Notes: generated from the letters alone by a model not told the origin. A DNA stretch of 49,826 bases, filler included, from Catajapyx aquilonaris (GCA_000934665.2; 3 parts of 3 records of this genome joined end to end with filler, not necessarily neighbours in it); one strand, 5' to 3'. Numbered from the whole stretch's first letter, positions 13,070 to 26,071 are shown. Program-made: numbers and translations.

Positions 13070-14559
13070 GAACCTAATATGTAAATTATTATACACTTCG
13101 TGATTACTAATCTTGCCGAATCTGTTATCACGTTGTGGTGTCCGTAGTGGGTGGCATTCAGATAAGGCGGTGGGTGGGATCTGCCCACACCCCCAGCTCA
13201 CATTTTGAACCCCAATTCCTCAGACGCGTTCAGTGCCTATTCTTATTCCAAGGCGACTAGGCCTAGCACTCTTGGGCCATCTTTGGGCTTGTTTTTTAAG
13301 GAGCCCAAATCCATGGACCTTGTTCTTGTCCTGACCTGAGTGAACATCCTGGACCAGAAGCAGAGTAGAGTGGGAGGGATGGTGGGAGAAGGGTTTTTTG
13401 TAGAGGGTGGGTGGTGGAGATAGAGGTGTGGGGTGAGAGGACTTGCAGGCCGTATTGATTGGCCAGTCGGCACTCTCTGCAACCCTCCAGCATCAGGCAA
13501 GGAAGAGAAAGAAAGAGAAGGTCTGGAGAGAGGTTCACCACTGCCCTAACTTGCCCACAATTTCCCGCCATTATAAGCTTGTAATATTATCAAGCGAAGG
13601 CTTAATACTGATTCCCTCTTTGGCCCTTAGGAAGAGTTTTTTTTTATATATTTTGGAGGGGTTGTTACAATGGAGAAGGGCACATGGGATTGGAAATGTG
13701 CAAGTATCGCATGTTCAGTATACTGTAGGGTACTCTAGAGCAGCAGTTTTAATAATGGAAATTACTTTTATTGACACCGAAAATTATTTGTGGTCAAGAA
13801 GCGAAAACAACAAAAAAATGAATGAAAGGACAAGTTTTGACTCTTCAGCCAACATTCGATTATGGCAAATTATTGGGTTACACCGCAAATCAATCTTGCT
13901 TGGGATCATTTTTGCGTAATATTACTAGCTATAATTATGGTGTATATTTTTACATCGTGTTAACTTTTCAGTTTATTTTAAACCACTGCGACAGCCTGGA
14001 CTTGGCGTGTTACGCTGCTCTCCACACCATACATATAGTATGTGTAGCGTCAAAAGTCATCCAAGTCAGCTGCTCTTGATAGGTAATGAATAACATGCTA
14101 TGCAGCATAAGCCCTACATTATACTGAACAAATACACTGTGTTTCAGTTGAATCGTTCATAAAAGTTAGCAATTGTTTTTCACTAAGCGGCTTATTTTTA
14201 GCAATTTTTATATTGATTATCTATGCTGTTTCTCATATAATATTAGGTGAAAAGAGGGTTGTGAGTAGTAAAATATGAGCTTGAATATATCCTAAATTCT
14301 CCTATTAAAATTGGCCATAGAAGGGGCTAGGAACCTGCCAGAAATTTAATTTTCACGATAGATGCTGATGGCCCATTATTTCGTATATTGTTCATTAACA
14401 GCAATTTTAATAAAATTAAAATTCGCATGGGCATGATTTCCCATGGTAACAACCCAGTTAAGGTGTTGCCACATTATGCAACCAGCAATGACCGAGCATA
14501 TCAGTTTTAGTGAACACTGTGGGAATCGTAAATTTGCCAACATCTACCATTGTCATATT

Positions 14560-14698
14560 TTTTTGTTGTTATACCTCGTGCTAGGGCCCTAGGCCCTCTT
14601 AGGGGAGTGGAATACCACCATCGATGTAGGGAATAGGATAGGGTGCATGTGCAATGTCTCAAGTTGGGGGTCGTGTACAGTCCCTCAGGGTGCCACAG
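14560..14698 (-). mobile_element. Truncated SINE 3' part (GACATTGCAC motif + tail X)
   Basis: Reverse complement reads GACATTGCACATGCAC...TGGTGGTATTCCACTCCCCTAAGAGGGCC...GCACGAGGTA. Confidence 0.65.
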
Positions 14699-14700
14699 AA

Positions 14701-15038
14701 AATAATATAATAATAATAATTATTATTAATAATAATTTGTACCCCGTGCTAGAGCCATGGGCCCTCTTAGGGGCGTGGGATACCACCATATTTTTATTTT
14801 TTATCTTTTTTATCTGGAACTCTTGCTTTCGTTTTTACTTCTCATATATGGGGATGGGATAAGGACGGAAGGAAGCGGCTGTGGCCTATAATTACGGACA
14901 CAACCCCGGGATTTTCCTGGTTGGACCATGGGAAACCACAGAAAACCACGGTCAGGGTCGGCGGCCACCGGGATTCGAACCCAGGACCTCCCGATTAGCT
15001 GTCGGATACCATATCCCCTCCGCTACCACTACTTCGGT
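14701..15038 (-). mobile_element. tRNA-derived SINE family B, copy 1
   Basis: B box GGTTCGAATCC; core GTGGTTTTCTGTGGTTTCCC..CAGGAAAAT..AGGCCACAGCCGCTTCCTTCC resembles the Lm1/Talua-type insect SINE core; tail X and (ATT)n. Confidence 0.85.
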
Positions 15039-16424
15039 GAGAAAATAATATTAAAAGCCTGGCTATTTCAAATCCAAAAAATTTGCAAATTCACATCTTT
15101 AAAGCCCATATTTTCTCCCTACACACTGTAGATAACAGGCATTGAAAAACTTTCACTTTTTCATATGATTTTATGACGAACAATTTCCACTTGAAATTAT
15201 TGTGGTGCACCGCAAAATCAATCCTGGAAGGGAGACTTTATTGCAAGTTAAAGCTCCGATCGATGATTCAACCCAGCCTAATATTAGCATCTATTACTTT
15301 AAGTGACCACTAAAACTGCTTAAAATAACCAACCTAATAACAACCCCACATTTAAATTGTAATGACTATTAGAATGAAATTATCTATACAGATTGCGTCA
15401 CAAAGCCTTTGATTTTTCCTGGCCAGCAAAAGCAAGAAAGAAAACGTCCTTTTTTTCATATCTCCCGTTTCCTATTCGTGGCAGCAATTGAGCGTCTCTA
15501 GAAAATCCTTTTGCACGTCAAACGCACACCCAGCTCCCAGCAATATCCCTACTTCCTGAGATCCCTGCTGTTTTATTCTCGCAGGGACTGTGCCACAGGC
15601 TTGCGATACGTTTCCAAGCCCATTGTGATTACCCCATTAAGGAAGGCTTCCCCAGCTATGTGCCCGGGGAGAAGAAAGGGGATAAAAAATAAAAGAAAAT
15701 ATCATTCCGGTCTTATGGGCAAGAATTCTGCAACTGTGCCTTGAGATATAACATGAGTAGAGCACTTCAACTGGAAGGTGGAAAAAGGGCCGGAGGAGTT
15801 TTGCACCTCCTTTTCCTTCCAGTGGAGCACAGTTACGGGCTTTTCCAAGGCAGGGCTGGGGAATTTCCTCTTTCCTATATGCATTATGCCTCTACCCATA
15901 TCAAAACAGTTTTTTCTAGAAGCTATATGCTTCAGTGTGAAAATGTAGAAAGAAAAACTGTTAATGAATAGTGTAGGATTATATTAAAAAATTAGTTGAA
16001 TACCTGAAGCCCTGCTGAAGCCCTAGGGTGATTTTCATAATTTTAAAATAATTTATTCAGTAATTAACTAAAATTAAAAGCTGTCAGGCACAGGCGGCGC
16101 ATATTAGGATGCTGGGCTTTGATTAAAATTATTGGCCAGATCATATATTACGAAGGCAAAATCGTTCGAAATGTAGCTTTTCACTAAACGCACCTTCATA
16201 CATGCACAACTAAATATCTCTTACGTTCAGCTGTACATATTCGATATGTGTGTAATGTTGCCCTAAATATTCGTATATGTCATAAAGCCATGGTTTGGTT
16301 TCGATGTCATGTAATACGTTCCATGCTAATAGCTAATGTCTCTCGGGGATTCAAATGCACCGATTTTTGAGATGCCATCGACTAAATATGCTGCGCTATT
16401 ACTTTGTCGTCACAAACCTATTAT

Positions 16425-16530
16425 ACAACAACAACAACAACATCACGACATTTCCCTATGAGGGGTAGTCAGCGATGAAGGGAGACGCAAGCTAACCCAA
16501 TATATGAACTAATAAAACTCATGAGAATAA
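16425..16530 (-). mobile_element. RTE LINE 3' UTR fragment
   Basis: Reverse complement of 2270-2360, with a (CAA)n tail. Confidence 0.75.
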
Positions 16531-16645
16531 ACCTAAAAACAACCTGTCCCTATTATACTTCCACAAATTGGGACTGCCACTAATGTGATGACGCCGTTTG
16601 ATTTTTGACCCCCACCACGTTTAATCAGCCCGTTTTGGCTTCATA

Positions 16646-16745
16646 NNNNNNNNNNNNNNNNNNNNNNNNNNNNNNNNNNNNNNNNNNNNTTAATTAATTA
16701 ANNNNNNNNNNNNNNNNNNNNNNNNNNNNNNNNNNNNNNNNNNNN
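16646..16745. other. Scaffold gap with TTAATTAATTAA linker
   Basis: N-run/TTAATTAATTAA/N-run; the same construct occurs at 33260-33359. Confidence 0.97.
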
Positions 16746-17418
16746 ATTTGGTTTTAAATGTTGAAAAAAGTCAAATCACCAAAAATGCGAAAAAAACGCG
16801 ATTTTACCCAAGATTAGGCTTTTGCACACGCGTACTAGGGTTGCATATGAAAGTTCTACTATTATTCCTTGATTGTAGGGTCTCTAAAGAGCCCATTACG
16901 CTACACTTTTTTTTAAAAAAAGTCCATACACTGTTCCCCAAAAATTGACGAAAAAGTACCAAAAAACGGAATTTTTCCATAAAAAGACCCTGGAAAACCT
17001 ACAATTTCTATAAAAGATTGACTTTAAACACCATAGTGGCTTCAGACTAGTTCCAGGTAACACCTAATGCCAGCAAAAACCAAATCCGAAACTTACAGTG
17101 GTTGCCAGGCCTGGAAATAGGCCAAAAAACGTCAATATTTTGAATTTTTCGGATTTTTGGTCACCCTGACCTCCTGCACATTTTGGGAGAGAAATCCCGG
17201 GCGTTTCCCAGCTACTTTGGGTCCTACTAACATGATGTACATAGTGGTTTCCGAGTAACACGCCGATTTTTTTTTGTTGCGCTGTGTAATTCAATCAATC
17301 AATCAAAGATATTTGGCTAAATCGGAATTTCGCATTCTTTAAAAGATTAGATATGAAACAGACAATCTGATTCTGATAACCTACTCATATGTTCATTTAT
17401 ATCTCCTCATTGTAATAT

Positions 17419-17866
17419 CAGGGAGCATATACTACATAAGAGGCGCAAACTTCTGTCGGCGCCTTTGATGTTCGCGTCTCTCTGTTTATAGGGCGTTGCC
17501 AAGGCTGGCGGCCATTTTGAAGTGTGTGGTACGCCAACGAGGTATAAATAGAGTACAGGCAAAAATAGGGTCCGCCATCTTCGATGGTTTTGGCTGCCAT
17601 GGCAACTACACGGCAAGAACACGCGCGAATTTGAATTCGATATTGGAATGGGTATAAGTAAATTGTTATTGCCGTGTAGTTGCCATGGCCGCCAAAACCA
17701 TCAAAGATGGCGGACCCCCGCGGACCTTGACGGCCTGCCTGTACCCTATTTATACCTCGTTGGCGTTCCACACACTTCAAAATGGCCGCCAACCTTGGCA
17801 ACGCCCTATAAACAGAGAGACGCAAAAATCGAATGTTTGCGCCTCTTATGTAGTATATGCTCCCTG
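17419..17866. mobile_element. Foldback MITE, hAT- or P-like
   Basis: ~200-bp inverted arms starting CAGGGAGCATATACTACATAAGAGGCGCAAAC; direct flank GTAATAT on both sides. Confidence 0.88.
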
Positions 17867-18052
17867 GTAATATCCTGTGTGAAATGCGTGCAACCAGCCT
17901 CATCAGTATGTCCTTAAATATCAATTTTTCCTAACTCTTCCAAGGTACAAAAATTGGACATAGTCTGCTAATGCCATGAAAATATTACAATACTCTAAGC
18001 TTCCGAGAGCCTTCTGTGGTCATTTGAAAGGCACAAAATTACAAATTCGCTA

Positions 18053-18336
18053 CGTCTGTTATAGCCAAATGGCCACTTTTTCAGCGAATACACAAGTTTT
18101 ATGCTTTCCATATGCCATAGAGCACACTACAGCATACATTAAATGAAACTATCCAAAAAACCGCAAAATTAGTTCACCCGTAAATTATGCACGGCAAAAA
18201 AAAAATCCGTAATTTTTTTCTGCCGCCCCCTTGTTGCCACAGAAAAGGTATGATTTTGAGTAGCTTAGATCAAGGACGGATGCGAAAATCACCCTAATCC
18301 AGTATTCTCTACCTTCCTGAACATGCAAAAGGAAGT

Positions 18337-18404
<68 letters not shown>

Positions 18405-18589
18405 CAAAAACAGCCTATTTTCCCGTCGAGGCGAGGGAGGAACCAAAAATTGGTCTGCTATGCCCGAGATGAGGGGGAAATAAGTATGTCATATCAGGAG
18501 TAAAAATACACAGGGCCTTATGGAAGTTTGCCAGGACCGGCCTTTCGAGTCCATTATAACCGAGGCTGTTATATCCGGAGTCTAGTGTA
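18053..18589. mobile_element. pogo/Tigger-like MITE, partial, homologous to 27508-29576
   Basis: Shared TCACCCG.AAATTATGC, AAATACACAG.GCCT.ATGGAAG and the terminal TTATAACC..GGCTGTT.TATCCGGA. Confidence 0.7.
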
Positions 18590-19520
18590 TTTAGAAGTTT
18601 AGATTCTGAGATTTTTTACAGCTCACGTCAGACTAGAGAAACAAAAGTGTCGAGTAAATAATATTGTTAGGAACAGATTCCACTAAAAAATGGTATTGGT
18701 AGACACAAAATATATTCTGCAATAGATCGTTCCCTCGGCATATAGAGGGGAGGAGACAAATCATTCTCTCCCCCTTTTCCCCCTGCCCCTCTCTTTTGTG
18801 GATAGCTAATGAGCTAAACTAATTTAGGACGAGGCTATCTGCAACCGTGTTGCGACGGGTATTGTGTTGTGAAAACGACTCCCTTTTTTGTTGTACGGCG
18901 GGGAGTGTGTGATTGTTGGGAGAGGCCGGGGAGGAGGAGGAGGGGGGGGGGATTTTCAAAGTCAAAGTGATGTGTGCATCACAGGAGATTATCTAGGGCA
19001 ATCCCATAATAGCATGTTCATAACTGGCCGCTTACATAACGCAGCTTTCCGGGTGAGTAGCTGGAGAATTGTGACCAGTGTGTAATCGATTTAACTCTGC
19101 AGTAATTACTCCAAGTAGTGGAATCGAATTATCACGGGAGGATTGGTGAATGGTATGGTATAAGGCAGGGGTGTTCCCCTTGGTTCTGGTTTCAGGTGGG
19201 AGATGAACATGACAGCAACACCTGCTATTCCACCTATACTGTATACTGCATATTTTAATGCTCAGAGTCTGAATTTGTACTGGCAAGGGAAGGTCACTCA
19301 TTGTAAATGGATTTGCTAAATGAAACTTGGCATAATAATAGTCAGGCCCTAAGTCATTCATCAAAAATGTAAACCCTTTTTTCAGTTCGCTACAAGATCA
19401 AAGTTATGACCTCTCCAAGTCAGCCCAGACAGCTTACCTAACGAGCCAAGTTTCAGAGATCGCACTCAAAAAAGCAGGCATTTTATTACAGTAAACACAC
19501 ATTAGCCACAATGACTAATT

Positions 19521-20172
19521 AGTATCCCGACAACTGGCTGCATGTCAACTGGCCGTAGGGCAACTGGCTGCTGTGCATTTGGCTGCGGGTCATTTGGCTG
19601 CAATAAAAATGTAAAAATGGCTGCTGCCTTTTGGTTACTGATTAAATTGACTGCGGTCAGAATTACTGGATCAAATGGCTGTTGACATAAGGTTTTTGAA
19701 ATAATGTAAAGCAGATTACATAAATGCAACTTGGCCTTTAGGCTAATAACGAAAAAGGCTGTACCCATTGTGTTGGTGTCATCTGTATGGCTTTGGGGTG
19801 ACCGCACCAATATTGTCCGTCTTGTGGCCCTGCCAGGCACGGGACGTCGCCCGTGAGTGATAATTTTAGTGAATGCAGAGCGACAGCGGAGCTAGGCTCT
19901 TATTTTAAGTTTTGGATCCGCAACATTTACTGTCCGTCTTGTGGCGCCGCAGGCCAACGAACATTATTGCGGCTTTGCCAACCTTCAACCTGACGCTGAT
20001 ACACGTAATTGTGCCCTCGTGTTCAATAAATTTTTCATTGCGAACGATTTGATGCACACCAGCCAATCCCGTTTGGCAACATTGTCGGTGTTCCAAACAA
20101 CCTGCGGCCAGTTGCCAGGCAGCCAGTTGACACGACAGCCAGTTGACATGCAGCCAGTTGTCATAGATTCCT
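19521..20172. mobile_element. Foldback/MULE-like MITE with 15-bp subterminal tandem repeats
   Basis: (CAACTGGCTGC..)n at the left end and (GCAGCCAGTTG..)n at the right end. Confidence 0.7.
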
Positions 20173-20515
20173 CTGATTACAACGAGCTATACAGTAATTG
20201 CTCGATCGCAACCATTTTTTAGATAATCGCTCCCAAAGTTTGTTTTTTAAAAACTGATTGTATCTCAAATTACGTGCTCGATTGTCCTCAAATCTAGATT
20301 ATACTGTTGGAAAATTTAGAAAATGTTATATTCATCGCAGTGTCAGAAATCAGATTTCCTCATTTGTCGTAAGCGAGAAGCGTAAAGCATTTGCAGATGA
20401 AAAGCATCGTACCGTACATTATCGCTTATGACTGTTTGTGACAATGTGTTCAGATCAAAACATGTATGTACAACAAGCACATCTTAAGTGACCAGTCGTA
20501 TAATAGACTATAATG

Positions 20516-20841
20516 GGGGAGGCGGAGTGGTGCTGCGGTAACGCACGCGCCCACGGATGCTAAGGTCCCGGGTTCGATCCCAGCCCGGGGTTCCCCCCTT
20601 CATCTCGTGCAGAGTTGGGCCATCTCTGGCTTCGTCTCGGGTGGAAATTTCCGCTAGACTAATCCACCCGGGGAGTTCACAAAAATGACCAATATACGAC
20701 ATTGCACTTGCACTTTGCACATCCTCTCCTACTAACCCTTGGAACAATTAAAAAACGTACACATTATGTACGGTTCCAAATATGGGGGTATCCCACTCCC
20801 CTAACAATGGCCCAGGGCCCGATAATGGGGTACAGTAAAAA
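20516..20841 (+). mobile_element. tRNA-derived SINE family A, copy 1 (tail X)
   Basis: A box TGGTGCTGCGG, B box GGTTCGATCC; TSD AGACTATAATG at 20505-20515 and 20842-20852. Confidence 0.9.
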
Positions 20842-20861
20842 AGACTATAATGAGAACAGGG

Positions 20862-20863
<2 letters not shown>

Positions 20864-20918
<55 letters not shown>

Positions 20919-21240
20919 CCTGGGGTAGTGCTTGACCTTACGGTATGGAGCACGGACCTTTATTGTGTCGTCGTACCACTTGGAACCTTTTTGCGAAGCG
21001 CCCGGGCCCACGGGCAGGATGACAGGAGGGGATGTTCAAGGTGCAGTGCAATGTCCTAAACGTGGTCATTTTTAGTGAACTCCCCCGGGTGGTTTAGTCT
21101 GTGGGAAATACCACCCGAGACGAAGCCAGAGGTGACCCTGAACCTTGCACGAGATGAAGGGGGTGTCCCCGGGCGGGATTTGATCCCGGGACCTTCACAT
21201 CCGTGGGCGCGTACGTTACCGCAGCACCACTTCGCCTCCC
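20864..21240 (-). mobile_element. SINE family A, copy 2 (tail Y + (ATT)n)
   Basis: Inverted homolog of 20518-20730 with a different 3' end. Confidence 0.88.
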
Positions 21241-21659
21241 TTAATTTCACAAAGCTGGCTACTTGGAAAAGAGGCTCGATGTGTTCCAAAGCCTTCCGAG
21301 TACTGCTTCGACTCGACTGGTACTGCAAGTGATACATGTCTGCAATGTACTCTCGTTGCACAGATGTGTTTTGTTTTGTACACATGATTTAAAACATTCG
21401 TAAGTGCTCATTTGTTACACTTATTTTCAACTTTTGGCCTACTTGACCCTTTCTGCTTAGGTAAGCTGTTCGCGATGACATTGTAACGCACTGGAGAAAC
21501 GGTTTTTTACCTGCCTCTATTATTGTGCCAAGTTTCATTCAGCAACTCCATGTACAATGCGTGACAATCATTCCCTTGTGAGTAACGAACGTTATTGTTA
21601 TGCAAGCCGTATATGCAGAAATCCATCTCGTCCAGGCTCCTGACATTATTGGGATGGCA

Positions 21660-22180
21660 GCATTCGTAGGCTAGACTCAAACCCCCGAAAACGCTCATTG
21701 AGCGATAAAAATAGCGACCAGAACTAGGCCTGGTCGTGTTAACCCAGATTTTCCGAACGGCCGGGCCCCTATAAGGGACACCTGCGCAGTTGTTATACAC
21801 TATTTTAATTGATTGTGTTTGTTCTTCTTCTGCTAAAGAGCTGCCAGTAATCATGAGTGTTTCAAGACACAAAGCTAATGATTCAGGTTCAATATTGCGC
21901 AGTATTGCTCGAGCTTTTTAAGATTTTTGAATTTTAACTCTGAAAATAATTTCTGCAGCTTCGTGTTCCGAAGGTGATTAGTAATTAATTCTCAAATATT
22001 GATTAGTGTTATGAGTTATTTATTGTTTATAATACGGTACTTAGAAAACTTATGAATGACCAGAACTAGGTCTGGCTGTTTTAAAACGAGCAGACCTAGT
22101 TCTGATCGTTCCCCCCCCCCCCNCCCCCCCCCCCCCCTTCAATGGGCGTTTTCGGGATTTTGACCTAACATATGCATCTA
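21660..22180. mobile_element. Degenerate MITE
   Basis: CCCGAAAACGCTCATTGA...GACCAGAACTAGG is mirrored by CCTAGTTCTGATC...TCAATGGGCGTTTTCGGG. Confidence 0.6.
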
Positions 22181-22619
22181 AATACTGCAGTTGAACTTAA
22201 ATATTAACGATTCATTTTAGAATCCATTCAGATATTGGTATCAACAAAGTCGTTCATCCGCTCAATGAGTCATGTGGCCAAGAAAAATACGTATTTGTCT
22301 GCAAGTCTTGTATACAGGGTGAAGAAATTCAGTGTAGGATGCTTTGGGGGATGATAGAGGCGTTCTGGGCGATCATATTAAGTAGTCGCATCATGGGTCT
22401 CCGCCGCATAGTTACAGAGATGATTAGCATTATATAAAAAGTACATTATGCCAGCTTATAGGTTTTGGATACTGCTTACGACACTTCCATTGCCTAGGGC
22501 ATTCCCTGATACACCTACCAGGATCGCAAATTAAAACTAAATTACGCGTATATTGCAACACCTTAAATTTAAATGAAAAGGGTAAGGTCGCGTGGAAGGA
22601 CGCATAATTGCCATGATAT

Positions 22620-22622
<3 letters not shown>

Positions 22623-22679
<57 letters not shown>

Positions 22680-22957
22680 TCTTACCCCGTTATCAGCCTT
22701 TTTCGGCTCTTTAGGGGGGATTTTTGTATTGTCTGGAACTCTTGCTTACATGTTTTGCTTTTTGCTTTTTGGGATAGGATAGGGAAGGAAGGAGGCGGCT
22801 GTGACCTTTTAAATTAGGAAGCAACCCCGGAATTCTCTTGGGGGGACTGTGGGAAACCACAGAAATCCACGGTTAGAGTTGCCGGCCCCGGGGCTCGAAC
22901 CCAGGACCTCCCGATTAGCAGTCGGACCCTATAGCCACTCCACCAAACTGCTTCGGT
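22623..22957 (-). mobile_element. SINE family B, copy 2
   Basis: Homologous to 14701-15038. Confidence 0.85.
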
Positions 22958-22983
22958 CATGATATTATATTTATACCTTGTGG

Positions 22984-23315
22984 GGGAGGTGTGGTGGCCG
23001 AGATGGTAACGTCTCGGCTTGCTGAGTGGAAGGTCCCAGGTTCGATCCCCGCCTGGGAGTTCTCTTCTACCTGCGTTGGGAGGGTCTCTGACCTGCACCT
23101 TGGAGGTGTCTGGCAACCTAACCTCCTGTGGGACTTCACATGGCCTAAAGGTTTAAGACATTGCACCTGCACAAGTGTTCCCTCCACAACAATCCCTATC
23201 CCTACCCCATATCCCGAAGTCCTTGCACGGAAATTGAAGTAAAAATGAAAAATTATTCTAAAATGGTGGTACTCCACTCCCTATAAACCCTAATCGGGTT
23301 ATCACGGGGTAATAG
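22984..23315 (+). mobile_element. tRNA-derived SINE family C (tail X)
   Basis: A box TGGCCGAGATGG, B box GGTTCGATCC, GACATTGCACCTGCAC motif, tail TGGTGGTACTCCACTCCC...CACGGGGTA. Confidence 0.8.
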
Positions 23316-23663
23316 AAATTTAAAAAAATATTTATACCTTGTGTTTGAAGCACATTATCTGGGGTAACTATGCGGCGGAGACCCAAAATGATCGCCTAGA
23401 ACCCCTCGATCATTCCCCAAAGCGACCTTGCGCTAAATTTCTTCGCCCTATATACTATAGGACTATTTGTGATATGAATCTGGAACGGGGAATCCCTTAT
23501 ATGGCGTGCAGGGAACAGTACAACATTAATGTCATCACATTTCGGTGTAGATTAACTTCTCTATATTGGCAAATTAAGATTATTGTGATTAAAATACATT
23601 TTGTCTTTGATTTTTCAACAGTTTAGAAAATGATTGGATATCGCCAGTAGAAATTATGAATTT

Positions 23664-24919
23664 CGAGGGAGAATCAACTTTTTAAATTACTCAGTTTCAC
23701 AGTAGAAACTGAAACTGACAATTATAGGCTTCATAATTTTATGAAAGGGCACGTCTTTCTCTAATTTTAGACATAGTCACCATACATTTTGGTGCACGTG
23801 TCCTAGCTGGGCACTAGTTTTTCCATGCCACTGCAGAAATAAGCATCAGGCTAGCTGGGACGCCAGATCAGAAGGCATCTTTCACTTCCTTGCTGGCGAT
23901 GAGGTCTTGACAAGCCAGTGCTTCTTCTTTGGTCCGAAGATATGGTAGACCATGGCTAAGAACTTCAGAGACAGCTATGCGATGAAGTGAAAGAGGCCGT
24001 CCGCAACTGGCTTCCCACAACCAGCCTGAAGCTTCTTTTCTGCAGTGGCATGTGAAAACTAGTGTCCCACTGGGACAAGTGCATCAAAGTGTATGGTGAC
24101 TGTGTCTAAAAGTAAAGAAAGACTAAAGGTCTATTCTCATATCTGCTAGTAGTCGAAATATCGTTGCGAATTTGGCTTTTCACGCACGTGCGAGTCATGG
24201 CCTGTGCGAGTAGTGCGCGGGGGAGGGAGGTTTGAAACGTGGACTAGCAGAAAATAATGAGTCCCCCACAGCTGTAGTGCTGTACAAAGGATTTTTCGTT
24301 GCTATTTTGGGCTGCGATGTCAGGACAAGGTTCCTGGACAATCATAAGGTGGGTGAAGCAGTTCCGGGACACTTGGACACAGCATCGTGTCTGGACCAGA
24401 AAATCACTGGACATCTAAGGACGCAGCAGACCCCTCATGGGGTACGCAATGTGCTACTCCGAACTCCACGACGACTGTCCAATAGGCAATCCTTGGCACT
24501 AGGAATGTCGGCTCGCTCTCTGCATCCATGATGACCTGCCCTTTCATTCTTACATGATGCAGGTCATGCAATAATTGAACGCACAGGACAAAGTGGGGGG
24601 ACGTCCCACGTGACTCAGCTCTGCGTCCTGATTGGTCACTCGCAGTACGAAATCGTGCAGACGAGTTCGCGCACCTGCGTGTTTTTTCAACCCTGGGTAG
24701 ACAAGTTCGCATCACAATTTCACGCACGAAAATATCAAATTTTCACGCACTACTCTACTCGCACGTGCGTGAAAAGCCAAATTCGCAACTATATTTCGAC
24801 TACTCGCAGATATGAGAATATGCCTTTACCCTTTCATATGTATATGCTAGTTTCAGTTTCTGTTTTGAAGCTTCGAAATGTAAAAAGTATGTTGTGAATT
24901 ACTTTGTGATTCGCCCTCT
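23664..24919 (+). mobile_element. Decayed, internally deleted mariner element
   Basis: TIR remnants CGAGGGAGAATCA / TGATTCGCCCTC; transposase C-terminus DEVKEAVRNWL..QPE..KLVSHWDKCIKVYGDCV at ~23980-24113. Confidence 0.8.
24126..24826. mobile_element. MITE nested in the mariner remnant
   Basis: ~65-bp TIR TATTCTCATATCTGC.AGTAGTCGAAATAT.GTTGCGAATTTGGCTTTTCACGCACGTGCGAGT. Confidence 0.85.
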
Positions 24920-26071
24920 TTCGGTACTAATACGATGAATAATGTGAAAAATTAAAAGTCTGGTTACATTACAAACAATTACGCGCACATGCAGAATATG
25001 CCGCACACAATATTTGTATAACGTGCCATGAACTAACTGAAAGTTGTTTATAAGGCTCTAAATTGTCTTCAAAATCCCATCCTTCCATAACATTGTCTTA
25101 GGTGTCAATGATTGAGGTTGGTTTGTTTTCACAATTATTCTGTTCTTGAAGTTCTCACAGATTGTCTCTTTGTAACCCGAAGTGATAATAAGCAAAGTAA
25201 ATTACATAGGCCGCGTATATAGGGAAGAGCTTTATTTCTAGCTAATACCAGGGGATTCTCTCCCAGGAATTGACTCCATTTGCCGCCTAATTACCTTGCC
25301 AATGCTTGGAAACGACCCCATTTCATTCCGCCTGTCTGCCATCGCATTGACAGCCAACTAGGGGAGGAAAAGTAGGGTGACTGAACCAACAACAACAACA
25401 AAAAATATTGCTGAACATGGGTGGGTGTAGGTGTGTGTGTGTGTCTGCAGGGCCCAGCGCTACCTTCTGCATAATTATAATGCTATTGCATTATATCAGG
25501 ATTATATTCGTTCTTAGTACATTGTCATGCTCCGTCAATTGAGGGAGAACTGAATGCTTGTTCGCCTTTCGACTCGTCTATACAGTATAGAAAATGGTTC
25601 TCTCCTACACCTGATCATCGATCGAATACTTAGAGAAGGGGTCATTTGCAAATTACATTTTACAAAAAGGGGTGTAATATTACTCATGTCGTAGGAAAAT
25701 ACACGTTTATTAACGAGATTAAAATACTATTCATTGTTATCAGCTCGGACCTCCCACCATACAAGCTCAACATGATAAGGCGTTAGACCACAGTTCAAGA
25801 TGAGAGAACCTTGGGAGATAATTTATGGATTGTTTACCTCCGCAGCCAGCTGAAGAATATAGCAACAAATCAAGTGCTAGCCATGCTGTATTCAACGAGT
25901 TGCTTATCTATAAACCAGTTGCTGGTGTTAAACAATCCATAACATTATTCTTTTGAGTCAGGTGGCGTGTGCGTACAATATACGACTCGTATCATACAAG
26001 TCATGATGACATACTTGCTGCTTGACTCTGACTTCAGTTATTTTGTGAATGTAGAAATAATGTCGTATGTA

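Larger units (their letters stand above)
22315..23450. mobile_element. Tc1/mariner-type MITE hosting two SINEs
   Basis: TA|CAGGGTGAAGAAATT / AATTTCTTCGCCCTA|TA; GGGTCTCCGCCGCATAGTTAC mirrored near 23365-23385. Confidence 0.75.

Noticed and set aside
16690..16701. TTAATTAATTAA palindrome inside N runs (also 33304-33315)
   Set aside because: Artificial scaffolding linker with stops in all frames.
20518..20590. tRNA genes (also 22985-23055, 14960-15038, 41944-42010)
   Set aside because: A/B boxes continue into shared SINE bodies and tails; copies are diverged and lack a clean cloverleaf.
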